In this document: piece by piece, positions 38,828 to 48,288 of the stretch
Layout: every line of letters starts with the position of its first letter
Position numbering within the stretch: the stretch's first letter is position 1
Assembly: GCA_965214705.1 (NCBI GenBank)
Contig: CBDCCI010000001.1
Location: forward strand, 160,001 to 224,000
Direction: 5' to 3'
Source of the DNA: Alphaproteobacteria bacterium
GTDB lineage: Bacteria; Pseudomonadota; Alphaproteobacteria; UBA828
Length of the DNA stretch: 64,000 nucleotides
Notes under the pieces: model-generated
Seen by the model: the letters and a program-made list of their open reading frames with translations, nothing else
Database searches by the model: none
Told to the model about the DNA's origin: nothing
Made by a program: the position numbers and the translations under genes

Positions 38828-39925
38828 TCAGATCACCCGTTCGCTCTCGGGATCGACGAGGACGGCCCGGCTCATGTCCAGGTCGAGCGGGAGCGCATCC
38901 CTTGGCTGTTCGCCGGCAGAGCCGTCGAGCCGCACGAGCATCGAGGTCTCGCCCAAGTGGAAGTTGACGAGCGTGTTGGCGCCCATGGGCTCGACGATCT
39001 CGACCGTCGTCAGGAGCCTGGCGCAGTCAGGCCGGGGCGCCTCGCCCTCGGCCCGGTACATGTGCTCGGGCCTGATGCCGAGCAGCACGTTGCGGCCGCC
39101 GTCACCGGCGTGGCGCTCGGCCCGTGCGGGCGGCAGGGCAAAGGCATTGTCTCCGGCCCTCACCGCGACCGCACCATCCACCGCCTCGATCCGTGCCGGG
39201 GTGAAGTTCATCGCCGGAGAGCCGATGAAGCCCGCGACGAAGCGGGTCTGCGGCTGCTCGTAGAGCTCCAGCGGCGGCCCTTCCTGCTCGATTTCACCCT
39301 CGCGCAGCAGCACGATCCGGTCGGCCAGCGTCATCGCCTCCACCTGATCGTGGGTGACGTAAATCATGGTGCGCTGCATCTCCTGATGCAGCCGCTTGAT
39401 CTCGGTGCGCATCTCGTCGCGCAGCTGGGCGTCGAGGTTGCTGAGCGGCTCGTCGAAGAGGTAGAGCTTCGCGTCCCGCACCAGGGCGCGGCCCATGGCG
39501 ACGCGCTGGCGCTGGCCGCCCGAAAGTTGGCGCGGCTGGCGGTCGAGCAGGTCCGCGATCCCCAGCATCGCCGCCGCCCGCTCCACCCGCGGACGAATCT
39601 CGGCACTGGGCGCGTTCCGCATCCTGAGCCCGAAGGCCACGTTCTCGAACACCGACATGTGCGGATAGAGCGCATAGTTTTGAAACACCATGGCGACGTC
39701 CCGGTCCTTGGGCCGGACGTCGTTGACCATCTCACCGTCAATCTCCACCGTGCCTTCGGTTACCTCTTCCAGACCGGCGATCATGCGCAAGAGCGTGCTC
39801 TTGCCGCAGCCGGACGGCCCGACCAGCACGGTGAACGCGCGGTCGGGAATCTCGATGTCCACCCCGCGTACGGCATGGACCTTGCCGAAACGCTTGTGCA
39901 CGCTGCGCAGCCTGACTCCGGCCAT
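38828..39925 (-). CDS. CUT1 (MalK/UgpC-like) ABC ATP-binding protein
   Basis: [52 protein letters not shown]. Confidence 0.93.
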   Translation of the reverse strand: MAGVRLRSVHKRFGKVHAVRGVDIEIPDRAFTVLVGPSGCGKSTLLRMIAGLEEVTEGTVEIDGEMVNDVRPKDRDVAMVFQNYALYPHMSVFENVAFGLRMRNAPSAEIRPRVERAAAMLGIADLLDRQPRQLSGGQRQRVAMGRALVRDAKLYLFDEPLSNLDAQLRDEMRTEIKRLHQEMQRTMIYVTHDQVEAMTLADRIVLLREGEIEQEGPPLELYEQPQTRFVAGFIGSPAMNFTPARIEAVDGAVAVRAGDNAFALPPARAERHAGDGGRNVLLGIRPEHMYRAEGEAPRPDCARLLTTVEIVEPMGANTLVNFHLGETSMLVRLDGSAGEQPRDALPLDLDMSRAVLVDPESERVI

Positions 39926-39935
39926 CGCGCTCCTC

Positions 39936-40811
39936 CTACCCCTTGACCGCGCCCATGGTGATACCGCGCACCAGGAAGCGCTGTAGCGTCGCCACCGCGA
40001 AGAACACCGGGAGCGTGCCGAGCACCGAAAGCGCCGCGATCTTCGACCAGAAGGTCGACTGCGCGCCGTAGTAGTGGGTGACCAGCACGGGGAATGTCAG
40101 CACCTCCGTGCGGGTCAGAATCAGCGCGAAGACGAACTCGTTCCAGGCGAAGATGAAGGTGAACACCGCCGTCGCGAAGATACCGGTGCGCGCCATGGGG
40201 AAGACGATCTTGCGCAGGGCCTGCCAGCGCGAGCAGCCGTCGGTCAGCGCGCTCTCCTCCACCTCGACCGGGATGTCCTCGATATAGCCGCGCATCATCC
40301 AGATCACGTAGGGCAGGTTGAACGCGATGTAGAGCAGGATCAGCCCGACGTAGCTGTCGATCCAGCCGAACCAGACGAACAGCAAGAAGATCGGGAAGAC
40401 GATGACGATCGGCGGAATCATCCGCTGGGAGATGATCCAGATCGCGAGGTTCTGTCCGCCGGTCTTGAAGCGCGCGAGGGAGTAGGCGGCCGCGGTGCCG
40501 AGGATCATCGCAGCGACGGTCGAGACGCTGGCGATGATCAGGCTGTTGTAGATGGCCCAGACGTCGCCGTCCTTGAACAGCACCCCGAAGATGCGAAAGC
40601 TGGGTTGCTCGGGGAACCAGACCGGCGGGCGGGCAAAGATATCGCCTGCCGATTTGATCGAGGTGATGAAGAGCCAGTAGACGGGGAAGAGGAAGAACAC
40701 CAGCACCACCAGCGCGATCATGAAGCGCCAGGCCATGCGCCTGCGCTCGCGGGTGAACCAACGCGGCCATTTGCCGGCAGGCTGGGGTGTGGATGTGTCG
40801 GACGCCGTCAT
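39936..40811 (-). CDS. CUT1 ABC permease (MalG-like)
   Basis: EAA loop IPVEVEESALTDGC, AWNEF. Confidence 0.9.
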   Translation of the reverse strand: MTASDTSTPQPAGKWPRWFTRERRRMAWRFMIALVVLVFFLFPVYWLFITSIKSAGDIFARPPVWFPEQPSFRIFGVLFKDGDVWAIYNSLIIASVSTVAAMILGTAAAYSLARFKTGGQNLAIWIISQRMIPPIVIVFPIFLLFVWFGWIDSYVGLILLYIAFNLPYVIWMMRGYIEDIPVEVEESALTDGCSRWQALRKIVFPMARTGIFATAVFTFIFAWNEFVFALILTRTEVLTFPVLVTHYYGAQSTFWSKIAALSVLGTLPVFFAVATLQRFLVRGITMGAVKG

Positions 40812-41722
40812 CGGGCGATCTCCACGCGCTTGAGCGCGAATATGACGATGATCGAGAGCAGGATGATCACCAGGAAGGCGATCGCGCCTGCATAGCTCGT
40901 CTCGAACTCCTTGAAGGCCCGGATGTAGGTGTAGATCGAGATCGTCTCGGTCATCGTACCGGGCCCGCCCTTGGTCATCGCCCAGATGATGTCGAAGATG
41001 CGGAAGAGATCGAGCGCGCGGATCAGGATGGCGATGATCAGCACCGGCTTGATCACCGGAAGCGTAATCTTGAAGAAGATCTTCCAGAACGAGGCGCCGT
41101 CGATCTCAGCCGCCTCGATCAGGCTGCGGTCGACGTTGGAGAGCGCGGCCAGCAGGATCAGGAACATGAACGGTGTCCACTGCCACACCTCGCAGACCAG
41201 GATCGCCGGATAGACCCATTCCGGCCGCGAGAGCCAGAGGATCGCCACCGGCTCCGACGAGAACCAGCCGATGATCTGGTTGATCGGCCCGTACTGGTTG
41301 TCGAACATCAGCCGCCAGGTAGAGCCCGCGACGATCGGCGAGATCACGGTCGGGATGATCAGGAGCGCGACGAACACCTGCTTGAGCGGCATCTTTTCCA
41401 GAAATAGCTGCGCCATCAGCAGGCCCAGTACCAGCTCGATGGGGAGCGCGATGGCCAGGATCAGGAAGGTGTGGCCCATCGACTCCCAGAGTCGCGTGTC
41501 GGAAAAGAGCGCCGCGTAATGCTTGCCGCCGGACCAGGAGGTGTCCTCGGCCAGCATGGTGATGTCCTGGAAGCTGACGATGGCGGTGTGAACCAGCGGA
41601 TAGAGGCCGATCAGCAGCAGCACGATGATCGACGGCGCGATCACCAGCCACTTGAAGTGCCGGTCGGCGAAGAGGCTCGCACGATGCGTGAAGTGCGGGT
41701 CCCGGCCCGCGGCGACCGTCAT
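40808..41722 (-). CDS. CUT1 ABC permease (MalF-like)
   Basis: WQWTPFM, EAAEIDGA, T.GGPG..TET. Confidence 0.9.
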   Translation of the reverse strand: MTVAAGRDPHFTHRASLFADRHFKWLVIAPSIIVLLLIGLYPLVHTAIVSFQDITMLAEDTSWSGGKHYAALFSDTRLWESMGHTFLILAIALPIELVLGLLMAQLFLEKMPLKQVFVALLIIPTVISPIVAGSTWRLMFDNQYGPINQIIGWFSSEPVAILWLSRPEWVYPAILVCEVWQWTPFMFLILLAALSNVDRSLIEAAEIDGASFWKIFFKITLPVIKPVLIIAILIRALDLFRIFDIIWAMTKGGPGTMTETISIYTYIRAFKEFETSYAGAIAFLVIILLSIIVIFALKRVEIAR

Positions 41723-41909
41723 GCGCGCGCTGCCGCCGACGGGCCGCCGGCGGGGTCAGCAACCGTGCCCGCCATGCCGCTCTCGTTCATGCCGGCCCGC
41801 CGTGCCTTGGTCCTTCCGCACAGCCTTGAGAGGTAACGGAAACGCCGCCGGGGCGCAATGTTCGCCGCTAGGCTAGGAGGCGCCGATCCACCATCGGCAT
41901 TGCTGGCGC

Positions 41910-42569
41910 TTGCGCGTAAGATGCGCCGCCGCGCTGGTCCTGGTGCACGACGGGGCGAATGGGCCCGAGGTCCTGATGGGCCGCCGCCCCCGCCGCAGTG
42001 TTTTCATGCCGGATCAGTACGTGTTTCCCGGCGGCGGCGTCGAGCCCTGCGACCGCTGGGTGCGCCCGGCAACGGAGCTCAAGCCGGCGGTCGCCGCGCG
42101 GCTTGCGCGCGCATGCGCACCGGCGCGTGCCCGCTCGCTGGCCGCTGCGGCCGTGCGCGAGACGTTCGAGGAGACCGGACTCGCGCTCGGGCTCCAGGCG
42201 CCGGCGGCGAACGGCCGCGTCAGGCCCGAGTGGCAGGCCTTCCACGCCACCGGAGTGGCACCCGCGCTGGACAAGCTCGATTACATCTACCGCGCGGTAA
42301 CGCCGCCGGGGCTGCCGCGCCGCTTCAATGCCCGGTTCTTCCTGGCCCGCGCCGAGGACACAGTGGGCACCCTCGGCGGCAACGGTGAGCTGCTCGACCT
42401 TGGCTGGGTGCCGGTGACCGAGGCCATGGACCTGCCGATACCCTACATCACCGCCGTCGTCCTCGAAGAGCTGGAGCACATGTACGATTCACCCCCGGGC
42501 CCCGACCGCGACCGGCCCGTGCCGGTCTGCATCCGCGTCGGCCAGGACCACATCCACGGGCACGAGTAG
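41910..42569 (+). CDS. NUDIX hydrolase
   Basis: EVLMGRR, FMPDQYVFPGG, AAVRETFEETG, TPPGLPRRFNARFF; start uncertain. Confidence 0.85.
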   Translation: MRVRCAAALVLVHDGANGPEVLMGRRPRRSVFMPDQYVFPGGGVEPCDRWVRPATELKPAVAARLARACAPARARSLAAAAVRETFEETGLALGLQAPAANGRVRPEWQAFHATGVAPALDKLDYIYRAVTPPGLPRRFNARFFLARAEDTVGTLGGNGELLDLGWVPVTEAMDLPIPYITAVVLEELEHMYDSPPGPDRDRPVPVCIRVGQDHIHGHE

Positions 42570-42712
42570 AGCGAGGCCGTCTTCGACGGACGCGCTCTAG
42601 GCCGCGACAGCGGTCCGCCGCTCCTGCGGCGCCCTCGCGGAGGCGCCGGCCGCAGGCCGGCTGCCGTGAGCGAAAAATGTGAGAGCGTTTCCGTGTGTGG
42701 TGAAGACGCTCT
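42567..42712. repeat. Cluster of short palindromic (REP-like) elements between convergent genes
   Basis: TAGAGCG..CCGTC-TTC-GACGG..CGCTCTA (42567-42599) and AGAGCGT..ACGCTCT (42682-42712). Confidence 0.45.
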
Positions 42713-42721
42713 GGCACCCAG

Positions 42722-43735
42722 CTACTCCTCCGAGACTCTGACCAGCAGCTTGCCGAAGTTGCGCCCGTCGAAGAGGCGCTGAAACGCGAGCGGCGCGTTC
42801 TCCAGCCCCTCCACGATGTCCTCCTTGAAGGCGAGCCGGCCGTCGGCCAGCCAGCGGGCGAGGCGCTTGCGCGCGTGCTCGTAGTGCGCGCCGTAGGAGA
42901 AGATGTTGAAGCCCTCCACCTCAGTCTCGGTGAAGAGGATGGGCGCGAGGTGGCTCGCGACCTTGGGCGGCTCGGTCGCGTTGTAATGGGAAATGCCGCC
43001 GCAGATCACCACGCGCGCGCCGTGGGCGAGCAGGGGATAGATCGCATCGCCGATGGGCCCGCCGACGTTCTCGAAGTAGACGTCGATGCCGTCCGGGCAG
43101 GCTTGGGCAAGGGCGCCGGGTAGGTCGTCCGTGTGGCGGTCGATGGTCTCGTCGAAGCAGAGCTCTTGCGTGAGATAACGCAGCTTCTCCGCCCCGCCGG
43201 CGATGCCGACCACCCGGCAGCCAGCGATCTTCGCCACCTGGCCCGCGACCGCGCCGACCGCGCCCGCCGCTGCCGAGATCACGACCGTATCGCCCGGCGC
43301 GGGCCGGCCGACCTTGACCAGCCCGAGATAGGCGGTGAGCCCCGTCATGCCGAGGATGCCGATGGCGGTGGAGAGTGGCCCCAATGCCGGGTCCAACTTG
43401 CGCGCGCTGGCACCTTGCGCGATGGCGTAGTCCTGCCAGCCCGTGTAGTCGTCGACGATGTCGCCCGGCACGAAGTCCGCGTGCCGGCTCTCCACCACCC
43501 GGCTGACCGCGCCGCCCACGATCACGTCGCCGAGCGGAATCGGCGGGTAGTAGCGCAAGTCCGTGCCCATCCTGAGCCGCATGTAGGGGTCGAGGGAGAG
43601 CCAGATGGTCCGAACCAGCAGCTCGCCGTCTGCCGGCTCGGGCACCGGCGCCTCGACGAGGCGAAAATCCGTCTCCTTTGGCGCCCCTTCCGGGCGGGTG
43701 GCGAGGACGATCTGGCGGTTGGCGTTGGCGATCAT
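42722..43735 (-). CDS. NADP-dependent MDR oxidoreductase (CurA/YncB/PTGR-like)
   Basis: [55 protein letters not shown]. Confidence 0.92.
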   Translation of the reverse strand: MIANANRQIVLATRPEGAPKETDFRLVEAPVPEPADGELLVRTIWLSLDPYMRLRMGTDLRYYPPIPLGDVIVGGAVSRVVESRHADFVPGDIVDDYTGWQDYAIAQGASARKLDPALGPLSTAIGILGMTGLTAYLGLVKVGRPAPGDTVVISAAAGAVGAVAGQVAKIAGCRVVGIAGGAEKLRYLTQELCFDETIDRHTDDLPGALAQACPDGIDVYFENVGGPIGDAIYPLLAHGARVVICGGISHYNATEPPKVASHLAPILFTETEVEGFNIFSYGAHYEHARKRLARWLADGRLAFKEDIVEGLENAPLAFQRLFDGRNFGKLLVRVSEE

Positions 43736-43860
43736 TGGCCGGGCTCCCTCCTGACGTGAGCCCGAGTCTATGCAAGCCCGGTGTGGCGGCAAATTCGGCT
43801 GTTTTCCGCGCGGTCCGGCGACTACTCTGGTCATGGGACGCAATAGGGAGACGACGGCCG

Positions 43861-44556
43861 ATGAACCTCAATCCGACGGAGAAGGAGCGGCTCACCATCT
43901 TCACGGCCGCCCAGCTCGCGCGCGAGCACAAGCGCCGCGGCATCAAGCTGAGCCACCCTGAGGCCCTCGCCTACATCTGCGACGAGCTCCTGATGTGCGC
44001 CCGCGAGGGCCGCTCGCTCAAGGACCTCATGGGCTACGGCGCGGAGATCCTCACGTCGGACGACGTGCTGCCCGGCGTGCCCGAGTTGGTTCCGGTGATT
44101 CACGTGGAAGCGATGTTCCCCGACGGCACCAAGCTCATCACGGTGCATCAGCCGATCCGCCCAGGTAAGGCCAAGAGCGCGCCCGGCCCTCGCGCCGGCG
44201 AGATCATCACCCCCGACGCGGAGATCGAGCTGAACGCGGGCCGGCGAACCGGCTCGGTCTCCGTCACTAACACCGGCGACCGCCCGGTGCAGATCGGCAG
44301 CCACTTCCACTTCTTCGAGGTCAACCGGGCGCTCGAGTTCGACCGGCAGGCGACCTTCGGCATGCGTCTCGACATCCCGTCCGGCACCGCCGTCCGCTTC
44401 GAGCCGGGGCAGGAGAAGCAGGTTGCGCTGGTGGAGTTCGGCGGCCGCGGCCGGGTCAGCGGCTTCAACTCCCTCACCGAGGGCATGATCGACGCGCCTG
44501 CGGTGAAGGAGCAGGCGATCGCCCGCGCCAAGGCGGGCGGCTTCCGGGGAGCGTAG
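43861..44556 (+). CDS. Urease-like fused gamma-beta subunit
   Basis: Gamma domain [28 protein letters not shown] is in frame with beta domain [33 protein letters not shown]. Confidence 0.93.
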   Translation: MNLNPTEKERLTIFTAAQLAREHKRRGIKLSHPEALAYICDELLMCAREGRSLKDLMGYGAEILTSDDVLPGVPELVPVIHVEAMFPDGTKLITVHQPIRPGKAKSAPGPRAGEIITPDAEIELNAGRRTGSVSVTNTGDRPVQIGSHFHFFEVNRALEFDRQATFGMRLDIPSGTAVRFEPGQEKQVALVEFGGRGRVSGFNSLTEGMIDAPAVKEQAIARAKAGGFRGA

Positions 44557-44560
44557 GCAG

Positions 44561-46270
44561 ATGGTGAAAATCGCGCGCGAGACCTATGCCCGCTACTACG
44601 GGCCGACAAAGGGCGACAAGATCAGGCTCGGCGATACCTCGCTGATCGGCGAGATCGAGCACGACCACACCTCTTATGGCGACGAATGCTGGACCGGCGC
44701 CGGCCGCGTGATGCGTGACGGCATGTCTTACGACGCCCACACCTCCGCAGCCGACGGCGCCATCGATATGCTGGTGGAGAACGCCACCGTCATCGACCCC
44801 GTGCTCGGCCTGGTGAAGGCCGACATCGGCATCAAGGACGGCAAGATCGCGGGTGTCGGCAAGGCCGGCAACCCCAACACCCAGGACGGCGTGGACCCCG
44901 ATCTCGTCTGCGGCCCCAACACCACCTACTACCCCGCCGGCGGCCTCATCGTGACGCCGGGCGGCATCGACGTGCACGTCCACTGGATGTCGGCGGAGCA
45001 GTGCAACCACGCGCTGGCGAGCGGGCTTACCACCATGATCGGCGGCACCATGGGGCCGCTCTTCGCCATCGACTGCGGTGGCCCTTGGAACACCTACCGC
45101 ATGCATGAGGCGTCGGAGGCGTGGCCGATAAACTTCGGCTTCTTCGGCCGCGGCTCGTCCCACGATCCCGCGACCGTCGCAGAGCACCTCGACGGCGCCA
45201 TCATCGGCGTCAAGATCCACGAGGACTACGGCGCCATGCCGGCCACCATCGACGCCTGCCTGCGCGCCTCGGCCGAGCATGACTTCCCGGTCCAGATCCA
45301 CACGGACACGCTGAACGAATCGGGCTTCTACGAGGACACGATGGCGGCGATCGCAGGCCGCACCATCCACATGTATCACACGGAAGGCTCCGGCGGCGGC
45401 CATGCACCCGACATCATTCGCTGCAACGGCGAGCCCCACTGCCTGCCGTCCTCGACCAATCCGACCAACCCCTACACGGTCAACGTCTTCGACGAGCAGC
45501 TCGACATGACCATGGCCTGCCACCTGCTGCGCTTCGACCTGCCGGAGGACGTGGCCTTCGCCGAGAGCCGGGTGCGCCACGGCACCATCGCCGCCGAGGA
45601 CGTGCTGCACGATATCGGCTCGGTCTCGATGTTCGGCTCCGACAGCCAGGGCATGGGGCGGATCAACGAGGTGATCACCCGCTGCTGGCAGCTCGCCAGC
45701 AAGATGCGCGACCAGCGTGGGCGGCTACCGGAAGAGACCACCGCCGATGCGGACAACGAGCGCATCAAGCGTTACATCGCGAAGTACACCATCAACCCGG
45801 CGATCGCCTTCGGCATCGATCAGTACGTGGGCTCGCTGGAGCCGGGCAAGATGGCCGACCTCGTCACCTGGAAGCCCGCCTTCTTCGGCATGAAGCCCTT
45901 CGGCGTGATCAAGGGCGGCTTCGTCGCTTGGGGCGCGAGCGGCGATCCCTCGGGCAGCTATTTCCAGACCGAGCCGGTGATCATGCGGCCGCAGTTCGGC
46001 CATCACGGGCGGGCGCCGGCGACGCTGAGCGCCAACTTCGCCCATCGGCGCGCGCTCGACATCGACGTGCAGGGCCGGCTCGGGCTCGCCAAGCCGATCC
46101 TGCCGATCGGGAGCTTCACCAAGCTCACCAAGAAGGACATGCTGCACAACGACGCCTGCCCCGACATCCGCGTCGACTCCCAGACCTTCGAGGTCTTCGT
46201 CGACGGGACGCTCGCGGCCTGCGAGCCGATCGACACGATCACCCTCGGCCAGAACTACCTGCTGCGCTGA
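44561..46270 (+). CDS. ureC: Urease alpha-subunit homologue, divergent (substrate uncertain)
   Basis: [77 protein letters not shown]. Confidence 0.9.
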   Translation: MVKIARETYARYYGPTKGDKIRLGDTSLIGEIEHDHTSYGDECWTGAGRVMRDGMSYDAHTSAADGAIDMLVENATVIDPVLGLVKADIGIKDGKIAGVGKAGNPNTQDGVDPDLVCGPNTTYYPAGGLIVTPGGIDVHVHWMSAEQCNHALASGLTTMIGGTMGPLFAIDCGGPWNTYRMHEASEAWPINFGFFGRGSSHDPATVAEHLDGAIIGVKIHEDYGAMPATIDACLRASAEHDFPVQIHTDTLNESGFYEDTMAAIAGRTIHMYHTEGSGGGHAPDIIRCNGEPHCLPSSTNPTNPYTVNVFDEQLDMTMACHLLRFDLPEDVAFAESRVRHGTIAAEDVLHDIGSVSMFGSDSQGMGRINEVITRCWQLASKMRDQRGRLPEETTADADNERIKRYIAKYTINPAIAFGIDQYVGSLEPGKMADLVTWKPAFFGMKPFGVIKGGFVAWGASGDPSGSYFQTEPVIMRPQFGHHGRAPATLSANFAHRRALDIDVQGRLGLAKPILPIGSFTKLTKKDMLHNDACPDIRVDSQTFEVFVDGTLAACEPIDTITLGQNYLLR

Positions 46271-46279
46271 GCCCGTCTC

Positions 46280-47137
46280 TTGGCTGCCGCCACCATGCCG
46301 GCCGCCCGGCCCAACGAAGGGCCGCAAGCCGCGCTCCGCTTCGCCCGCGCGCCCGACGGGCGGAGCTACATCGCGCGCCAGCGTGTCGGTTATCCCTTTC
46401 ACATCACCCGGCCGTTCTATCTCGACGAGACACCGGCGGGGGCGCTGACGCTCTATCTCCAGTCGGTCTCCGGCGGCATCTATCAGGGTGAAGACCTCGT
46501 GATGACCTGCGCCGCGGGCGCCGGCAGCGCCGCCCACGTGACCACCCAGGCAGCGACCATCGTGCACCGCATGCCGGCGGCGCCGGCGCGGCAGACGGTC
46601 GCTTTGGAGGCCGCGGACGGCGCGCTGCTCGAATACCTGCCGGACCCGCTGATCATGTTTCCCGGCGCGCGGCTGACCTCTGTGCTGGAGATCGAGGCTG
46701 CGTCGGGCGCCACGGTCATCGCATCCGAGAGCTTTGCGCACCACGACCCCGGCGGCGAGGACCGCCGCTTCGAGAGCTTTGAGGCGGAGATGCGGGTCCG
46801 CGACGAAAGCGGCCGGCTGCTTGCGCTGGAGCGCTACGCCGTGGCCGGCGACCGTCTGGCGGCGGGGCGCGGCCAGATCGCGCGCTGGCCCGCGCAAGGC
46901 AGCTTCGTGGTCGCCCATCGTGGATCTGAATGCGAAGCCATTCTGGCAGCGCTCCGCTCGGCCCTAGCCCCGACGGATGCGTTTTACGGCGGCGCCTCGG
47001 CGCTCCCCAACGAAGCCGGCGTCGGCGTGCGCCTGCTCGCGCGGGACGGTGCCGCGCTGCGTCGCGGGCTGGAGGCGGCGTGGCGCGCGGTGCGGCTCGC
47101 ACTCTACGGTGCTGAACCCGCCCCCCGCCGCAAGTGA
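46280..47137 (+). CDS. ureD: Urease accessory protein UreD/UreH
   Basis: YPFHITRPFY, QSVSGGIYQGEDL, TTQAAT.VH, LEYLPDPLIMF, RK C-terminus; start 46280 (TTG) or 46295 (ATG). Confidence 0.88.
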   Translation: MAAATMPAARPNEGPQAALRFARAPDGRSYIARQRVGYPFHITRPFYLDETPAGALTLYLQSVSGGIYQGEDLVMTCAAGAGSAAHVTTQAATIVHRMPAAPARQTVALEAADGALLEYLPDPLIMFPGARLTSVLEIEAASGATVIASESFAHHDPGGEDRRFESFEAEMRVRDESGRLLALERYAVAGDRLAAGRGQIARWPAQGSFVVAHRGSECEAILAALRSALAPTDAFYGGASALPNEAGVGVRLLARDGAALRRGLEAAWRAVRLALYGAEPAPRRK

Positions 47138-47149
47138 GCCAGTACCGAC

Positions 47150-47211
47150 CTATCGCGCACTGCTGACACCGCTTCACGCAAAGTCGGCGTCGACGAATAG
47201 GCGGCGATCAT
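47150..47211 (-). pseudogene. Remnant of a vapC toxin gene (internal deletion)
   Basis: ATG ATC GCC (MIA) overlaps the antitoxin stop (ATGA) and is followed out of frame by LFVDADFA*SGVSSAR*, resembling a VapC C-terminus. Confidence 0.55.
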
Positions 47212-47465
47212 CCCGGTAAGCCATCATCGTCGTAAAGAAAATCCTGACTGCGGGCAGCGGAGGCGCCCCCGGTTCGCTTGTCCCGAGCAGCCGCTTGCAC
47301 GGCCGCAATCACCGCACGCCGAGTCTCGGCATAGGGTTTCGGTCGCACTGGCACTAACTGGACCGTTGCCTTGCCGTGACGGGTCAGCACCACCTCATCG
47401 CCCTCTTCGGCCCGGCGGATAAGTTCGGCCAATCGTACCCTCGCCTCGCTGACGGAAATTCGCAT
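47208..47465 (-). CDS. Phd/YefM family antitoxin
   Basis: MRISVSEARVRLAELIRRAEEGDEVVLTRHGK..ARSQDFLYDDDGLP. Confidence 0.9.
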   Translation of the reverse strand: MRISVSEARVRLAELIRRAEEGDEVVLTRHGKATVQLVPVRPKPYAETRRAVIAAVQAAARDKRTGGASAARSQDFLYDDDGLPG

Positions 47466-47610
47466 CGGACCAATTCCCTCAATCAGGGCCGCTCAAGCCC
47501 CGAATATGAGCCCTGACGTGGTCCAATCAAGACCGACAACTCAGATACTGTCCGGCACACAATCTCTTGAGGCCCTTGATCAAGGCGCGCGGCCTGCCAA
47601 GGTTGCAGCC

Positions 47611-48288
47611 ATGCACGTGCTGGTCGTCGAAGACGATATCGAGACCGCCCGCTACCTGCAGAAGGGCCTGACCGAGAGCGGCCACGTGGTCGAGCTCGTC
47701 CATGACGGGGCGGACGGGCTCGCGCTCGCGCTCGACCACCGCTTCGATGCGCTCGTGGTCGACCGCATGCTGCCGGGTCTGGACGGGCTTTCGTTGATCG
47801 AGACACTGCGACGCAAGGGCCGGCGCACGCCGGTGCTGATCCTGAGCGCGCTTGCCCAGGTGGACGACCGCGTGGAAGGCCTCAGGGCCGGTGGCGACGA
47901 CTATCTGACCAAGCCCTTCGCCTTCTCCGAGCTTCTGGCGCGGCTTGAAGCGCTGCTCCGGCGTGCAGGCGATGCAGCCGGTGAGACGCGTCTCAGCTTC
48001 GCGGACCTGGAGCTGGATCTGCTCGCCCGCACGGTGCGGCGTGCCGGCCGCGAGATCGCCCTGCAGCCGCGTGAGTTTAACCTGCTGGCCTACTTCATGC
48101 GCCACACGGGCCAGGTGGTGACGCGCACGATGCTGCTGGAGAACGTCTGGGGCTACCACTTCGACCCCCAGACCAACGTGATCGACGTCCACGTCAGTCG
48201 GCTGCGCGGCAAGATCGACAAGGGCTTCGAGCCGCCGCTGATCCACACTGTGCGCGGCGTCGGGTATTGCTTTCGTGACGATCGCTAG
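47611..48288 (+). CDS. OmpR-family response regulator
   Basis: VLVVEDD, VDRMLPGLDG, DDYLTKPF, TNVIDVHVSRLR.KID, HTVRGVGY. Confidence 0.94.
   Translation: MHVLVVEDDIETARYLQKGLTESGHVVELVHDGADGLALALDHRFDALVVDRMLPGLDGLSLIETLRRKGRRTPVLILSALAQVDDRVEGLRAGGDDYLTKPFAFSELLARLEALLRRAGDAAGETRLSFADLELDLLARTVRRAGREIALQPREFNLLAYFMRHTGQVVTRTMLLENVWGYHFDPQTNVIDVHVSRLRGKIDKGFEPPLIHTVRGVGYCFRDDR

Noticed and set aside
41719-41790. 23-codon minus-strand ORF (MNESGMAGTV...) whose TGA overlaps the permease ATG
   Set aside because: Could be a leader peptide or a frameshifted N-terminus, but it is too short and featureless to support.
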